Below are positions 60,286-64,000 of a stretch of 64,000 nucleotides of DNA, piece after piece (positions within the stretch are counted from its first letter, which is position 1; each line of letters opens with the position of its first letter). The position numbers were made by a program, and so were the translations under genes. The DNA is from Rikenellaceae bacterium (GTDB taxonomy: Bacteria > Bacteroidota > Bacteroidia > Bacteroidales > Rikenellaceae). The stretch lies in NCBI GenBank assembly GCA_031550125.1, contig JAVBOW010000018.1, forward strand, positions 25,572-89,571. Reading direction: 5' to 3'. A model generated the notes under the pieces. The model was not told the DNA's origin. It saw nothing but the letters and a program-made list of their open reading frames with translations, and did no database searches.

Positions 60286-61103
60286 CGCACCATACGTGGT
60301 TTTCCGTTCATATCCCGGCGCATCTCCGCCTGCATTAATCCCTCGCGGGCAAGCAGGTCGCACACATCTCCGGCAAAGTCCTCATGCACCTCTAAATACA
60401 GGCTGCCTCCATGCGAAAGCCCTCCCGTGGAAGCATGTCGCGCTATGGCCCGGTAAAACAGCAGAGGATCGGCCTGCGGCACGAAAAGGGCCGTGTGCGG
60501 CTCGTGCGCCGTAACGTGTGCGGCCATACGGGAAATTTCGTCGGCCGGGATATAAGGGGGGTTTGAAACTATAACGTCGAAAATTCCGGATGGTTCCCCG
60601 GCAAGGATGTCGGCGAGGATAAAATCCACCGCAACTCCGGCCCAGGCGGCATTTCGCGCGGCTACGGACAAAGCTCCCTGTGAAATATCGGATGCGGTAA
60701 CGCGCGCGGCGGGCATTTCGCGCGCCAGGCTCACCGCTATCGCACCGCTGCCCGTGCCTATGTCGAGTATCTCCGCAGGGCCGTCGTGCGACGAGAGTAT
60801 CCACTCCACCAGCTCTTCCGTCTCCGGGCGCGGTATAAGCACGTTGCCGTCCACTTCGAACTCCAGGCCCCGGAACCACGCCCGGCCGAGGGCATACTGG
60901 ACGGGCCTGCCTCCGGCGACCTGTCCGACGACCTCCTCCATCCTCTCCGTGCGTACGCCGGCCTGGGGATCGGCGGCAAGGTCGCGGCGGTCGAACCCTG
61001 CCAGCGCCTCCGCTATCAGCCATGCCATGGACGAGGCTTCCCTGCCGCCGTAACGCGGTGAAAGCGCCTCGGTGATTTTACGGATATATTCTGCTCGCGT
61101 CAA
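60270..61103 (-). CDS. prmC: Release factor glutamine N5-methyltransferase
   Basis: SAM motif DIGTGSGAIA and catalytic NPPY. The conserved N-terminal helical region requires the TTG start at 61103, which overlaps the upstream stop (TTGA). Confidence 0.85.
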   Translation of the reverse strand: MTRAEYIRKITEALSPRYGGREASSMAWLIAEALAGFDRRDLAADPQAGVRTERMEEVVGQVAGGRPVQYALGRAWFRGLEFEVDGNVLIPRPETEELVEWILSSHDGPAEILDIGTGSGAIAVSLAREMPAARVTASDISQGALSVAARNAAWAGVAVDFILADILAGEPSGIFDVIVSNPPYIPADEISRMAAHVTAHEPHTALFVPQADPLLFYRAIARHASTGGLSHGGSLYLEVHEDFAGDVCDLLAREGLMQAEMRRDMNGKPRMVRCKKT

Positions 61104-62257
61104 TGTTTTCCGGCGGCGAGTTTATATAATTCTTCAAATTTGTCCGCCGTAGCCTCCCAGCTGAACCTTTTTTTCTCCTCTTTCATATTGCCGCGGAAAC
61201 GTTCCGCCGTACCTTCCTCGCGGAAACGCTCTATGGCGTCGGCCAGGCTGCCCGAAGAAGGGTTGCAAACATAGCCAGCCACGCCGTCGTGTACGGTTTC
61301 GGCCAGGCCGCCTACGTTGGTGACTATCATAGGCAGTTCGAAATGGTAGGCTATCTGCGTAACTCCGCTCTGAGTGGCCGAGTGATAGGGGAGTATGAGA
61401 ACGTCCGAGGCCGAGAAGAAATAGCGCACTTTGTCGTCCGGCACAAAGTAATCGTGCATGATAATATCATCGAGAAGGCCCAGGGCGGCTATCTGGTCGA
61501 GATATTGCCCTTTATCCGTGTAAAACTCGCCCGCGATTATGAGTTTGTGTCCGTCGTTTTTGCCCTGCAATTTGAGCGTACCCCAGGCGTCGAGCAATAT
61601 ATCCAATCCTTTGTAGTCGCGTATAAGACCGAAGAACAGCGAATAGTTGTACTGCGGATCGAGGTCGAGGCGGCGACACGCCTCCTCTTTGGACACCGTC
61701 TGCCCGAAATTGCTGAAAAGGGGGTGGGGCGAAAATAGCGCGGGACGCAAACGCCTGCCCATGACCTTTTTCAGGTCGTGCAACACTTTGTCGGACATGT
61801 AAATAAAACCGTCCACCGAATGGAGGAAGTAACGGGTGAAGGACATGTCCGTCGCGTGGCGCTCGTGGGGTATGACGTTGTCCAGTTGCACCAGGACCCT
61901 GGTATGCCCGTTACTGCGGGCTATGCGGGCTATAGTGCCGAAGCACGGCCCCATGAAAGGCGTCCAGTACCTCATTATGACGGCGTCGGGGGCCTCTTTC
62001 TTGATCCTCAAGCCCAGTTTTATCCAATTAAAGGGGTTTACGGTACTCACGCAGCGCTCTATGGTCAGATCGCCGGGGGCGGGAAGCCCCGAATACTGGC
62101 TGCGGCCGGGAAAGAGGAAATCGGGATACTGGACCGTGAAAGTCTTTATATCTACCGTCGCCCCGCGCGAGGCGAACGTGCGGGCTATAGTTTCCATTAT
62201 GGAAGACAGCCCTCCGCGAAAGGGGTGGGCGGGGCCGAGAACGGTTATACGTTTCAT
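61100..62257 (-). CDS. Glycosyltransferase family 4
   Basis: Starts MKRITVLGPAHPFRGG at ATG 62257, in an ATGA overlap with the thioesterase stop; ATGs at 62266 and 62284 are also in frame. C-terminal GT-B motif PYHSATQSGV...NVGGLAETV. Confidence 0.8.
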   Translation of the reverse strand: MKRITVLGPAHPFRGGLSSIMETIARTFASRGATVDIKTFTVQYPDFLFPGRSQYSGLPAPGDLTIERCVSTVNPFNWIKLGLRIKKEAPDAVIMRYWTPFMGPCFGTIARIARSNGHTRVLVQLDNVIPHERHATDMSFTRYFLHSVDGFIYMSDKVLHDLKKVMGRRLRPALFSPHPLFSNFGQTVSKEEACRRLDLDPQYNYSLFFGLIRDYKGLDILLDAWGTLKLQGKNDGHKLIIAGEFYTDKGQYLDQIAALGLLDDIIMHDYFVPDDKVRYFFSASDVLILPYHSATQSGVTQIAYHFELPMIVTNVGGLAETVHDGVAGYVCNPSSGSLADAIERFREEGTAERFRGNMKEEKKRFSWEATADKFEELYKLAAGKH

Positions 62258-62979
62258 TGTTTCCATTCTATTTGGGCGCGGCATACCGTCTGGTCGCCGC
62301 GGCGTATTTCAAATAATTGTTTGTCGCCCTTCTGCCATGCCACGGTAAGAGTATCGCCGTAACGCGACTCATGCAGGAAATTCATATCCATACGGCGTAT
62401 ATCCGTCCCGCGCTCCATATATTCCAGCGGGAGCATGTCGAGCATCATCCCCAGGTAACGCAGTGTGTTTGTATGGCGGTTGAAGTCGATATCGCTGTAC
62501 ATCACGCGTCGGACGGCCGTTTTATCGGGACGGGCGCTCCCCAGGCGTTCGGGCGCGGATATGGGCGACGGCTCGTTTACCACGGCTTCGGCGTAACCGG
62601 GCCGCGAAGTTATGTCCACGGCGCGCCGCGTGCCGAGGTCTATCATGGCCCAGTTGCTCACGGCGGCCCCTATGGCGTCGCCTCCGGGCGCGGTAATAAC
62701 GAAATTGCGCGTTGTCATCATGCGGCCCACTTCCGACACCCATGTACTGACGCACAGGGTTTCGTCCCTGGCCGGGTAGCGTACAAATTCCATGCAAAAG
62801 CGCGACAACACCCATGTCAGGTTGCTTTCGTTGAGGTCGGTCACGCCGAAACCGTTCCTGTCGGCGTCGTCGCCGGCGGCAGACAGCACATGATCGGTAA
62901 CGGCCGCGAGTGCGGGACAACCCGTAAAGTCGACGTCGCGGGCGGCTATATGATATCGGTAATTACCTGTCGTTCCCAT
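62254..62979 (-). CDS. Acyl-ACP thioesterase family protein
   Basis: The ATG at 62979 gives a 241-aa protein with double hot-dog character (DVDFTG...; YSDIDFNRHTNTLRY). The upstream part of the track ORF is an unlikely His/Arg-rich extension. Confidence 0.7.
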   Translation of the reverse strand: MGTTGNYRYHIAARDVDFTGCPALAAVTDHVLSAAGDDADRNGFGVTDLNESNLTWVLSRFCMEFVRYPARDETLCVSTWVSEVGRMMTTRNFVITAPGGDAIGAAVSNWAMIDLGTRRAVDITSRPGYAEAVVNEPSPISAPERLGSARPDKTAVRRVMYSDIDFNRHTNTLRYLGMMLDMLPLEYMERGTDIRRMDMNFLHESRYGDTLTVAWQKGDKQLFEIRRGDQTVCRAQIEWKQ

Positions 62980-63054
62980 TTGCGGGGAGTTTGTCGGGAC
63001 GGCCTCGATTATGCGTCGGCCGCGCATCCGGTTTATTTGTGCAAATTTAATATT

Positions 63055-63097
63055 ATTTAAACAAATCCGGAAGGCCTGTCTCAAGCCTTCCGGATTT
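63055..63097 (-). terminator. Intrinsic terminator after the phosphate transporter gene
   Basis: Perfect 13-bp stem AAATCCGGAAGGC (63063-63075) / GCCTTCCGGATTT (63085-63097), starting 2 nt after the stop codon. T/A-rich tail on the minus strand. Confidence 0.65.
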
Positions 63098-63098
63098 A

Positions 63099-64000
63099 TT
63101 ATAACAGTGGCGGCTCCGTCGGTATAAGCGGCGTCAGTCGGTCTAACAACGGTATTAGCAGACGGTAAACGCCCATGGCGAGCAGCGCGCTTACGGGTAT
63201 CGTGATGACCCATGCCCACAACAGGTTGACCGTAACGCCCCATCTTACCGCCGACATGCGCTTGACGGCCCCCACGCCAATAATGGCTCCCGTGATGGTG
63301 TGGGTGGTGCTGACGGGTATCTTCCATATTTCCGTCAGGTACAGCGTCAGCGCGCCTGCGGTTTCGGCGGCCACTCCTTCAAGCGGGGTCACTTTGGTTA
63401 TCTTCGTACCCATGGTCCTTACTATGCGCCAGCCGCCCGACATCGTACCCATGGCTATCATCGAGAAGCAGGCCAGCGGGACCCATCCCGGAATATCGGT
63501 AATTTCGCCCGCCCTTCCTCCGGCTACGAACAGCGCCGCGGCGATTATGCCCATCACTTTCTGCGAATCGTTAAGGCCGTGTCCTATGCTGAACAATCCC
63601 GACGAAACGAGTTGCAGGCGCTTGAACCATCTTTCCGCCTTGCCCGGATGGGCGCGGCGGCATATATTCATTATGGCGATGGTTATTATGACAGCCATCA
63701 CCATGCCTATGAACGGAGCGAGCAGGATAAAGGCGGCGATCTTCAGAACCACGGCCGAATGTATGGCCTGCAAGCCTCCGTAGGCTATGGCTGCGCCGGC
63801 GAAGCCGCCGATAAGGGTATGCGACGAGGAGGACGGTATGCCTTTCCACCACGTGAATAGATTCCACACGATGGCGGCTATCAGCCCGGACAGTATCACC
63901 GGAAGGGTTATGAAATCCTCGCACACGGTCTTCGATACGGTGTTGGCTATACCGAACTCGCCGATAATGTATTTGGCTATAAAAAACGCCACGAAATTGA
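63099..64000 (-). CDS. Inorganic phosphate transporter, PiT family (partial; N-terminus beyond the window end)
   Basis: Polytopic membrane protein. GIPSSSSHTLIGGFAGAAIA and GLNDSQK signatures. The frame stays open to the window edge. Confidence 0.85.
   Translation of the reverse strand, partial: NFVAFFIAKYIIGEFGIANTVSKTVCEDFITLPVILSGLIAAIVWNLFTWWKGIPSSSSHTLIGGFAGAAIAYGGLQAIHSAVVLKIAAFILLAPFIGMVMAVIITIAIMNICRRAHPGKAERWFKRLQLVSSGLFSIGHGLNDSQKVMGIIAAALFVAGGRAGEITDIPGWVPLACFSMIAMGTMSGGWRIVRTMGTKITKVTPLEGVAAETAGALTLYLTEIWKIPVSTTHTITGAIIGVGAVKRMSAVRWGVTVNLLWAWVITIPVSALLAMGVYRLLIPLLDRLTPLIPTEPPLL

Noticed and set aside
62980-63327. The His/Arg-rich N-terminal 116 codons of ORF 62254-63327.
   Set aside because: The composition is low-complexity (HHPHHHGSH..., RKRAARHGR). 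This stretch overlaps the PiT terminator and the 3' end of the PiT gene. Acyl-ACP thioesterases are about 240 aa, which matches the ATG at 62979.
1-64000. CRISPR arrays, IS elements or transposases, rRNA genes and tandem repeats.
   Set aside because: Reading through all intergenic gaps larger than 80 bp, I saw only hairpin terminators, promoter-like boxes and the single IR element. I saw no regularly spaced direct repeats and no transposase-like ORFs. An exhaustive computational repeat search was not possible here.

Overview
This window looks like a chromosomal core region of a fairly GC-rich Bacteroidales genome. That assignment is an inference from three things: repeated TTTG / TAnnTTTG promoter motifs, DUF3822/DUF4919/DUF4476-type genes, and very dense gene packing with overlapping stop/start junctions. 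All calls come from reading the ORF translations and the DNA by eye; no database search was run.

About 60 protein genes and one tRNA can be supported, and most are housekeeping:
- Translation and RNA modification: prfA, prfC, lysS, prmA, prmC, rsmD, a TrmH-like methyltransferase.
- DNA repair and recombination: mutS, xseAB, recX, xerD, a RecD-like helicase, a ComEC-like protein.
- Central metabolism: tpiA, mdh, gcvH, pyrF, nadB, ltaE, hppA.
- Oxidative stress: two rubrerythrin-type genes, sodB, msrA.
- Envelope: porins, an Omp85-like barrel, M23, M48 and C11 peptidases, a GH25 muramidase, a Wzx flippase, a GT4 glycosyltransferase.

I found no CRISPR array, transposase, phage module, reverse transcriptase, toxin-antitoxin pair or recognisable defence-system gene. 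I cannot point to a convincing novel multi-gene system.

The least ordinary locus is 36.15-39.55 kb, a sharply AT-richer islet beside a tRNA(CAU) gene. It contains:
- a 205-bp non-coding element bounded by a perfect 25-bp inverted repeat;
- an 827-aa membrane-anchored protein with a signal peptide, a LamG-like and Kelch-like exodomain, one TM helix, and a cytoplasmic SARP-type winged-helix domain.

Secondary curiosities:
- a rubrerythrin paralog next to sodB that has lost most di-iron ligands;
- an orphan AsnB-like PP-loop enzyme with no N-terminal Cys;
- a translationally coupled DUF4919/C11-peptidase pair;
- several non-ATG starts sitting in TTGA stop/start overlaps.

Many long ORFs in the six-frame track are antisense shadows of real genes and were rejected.
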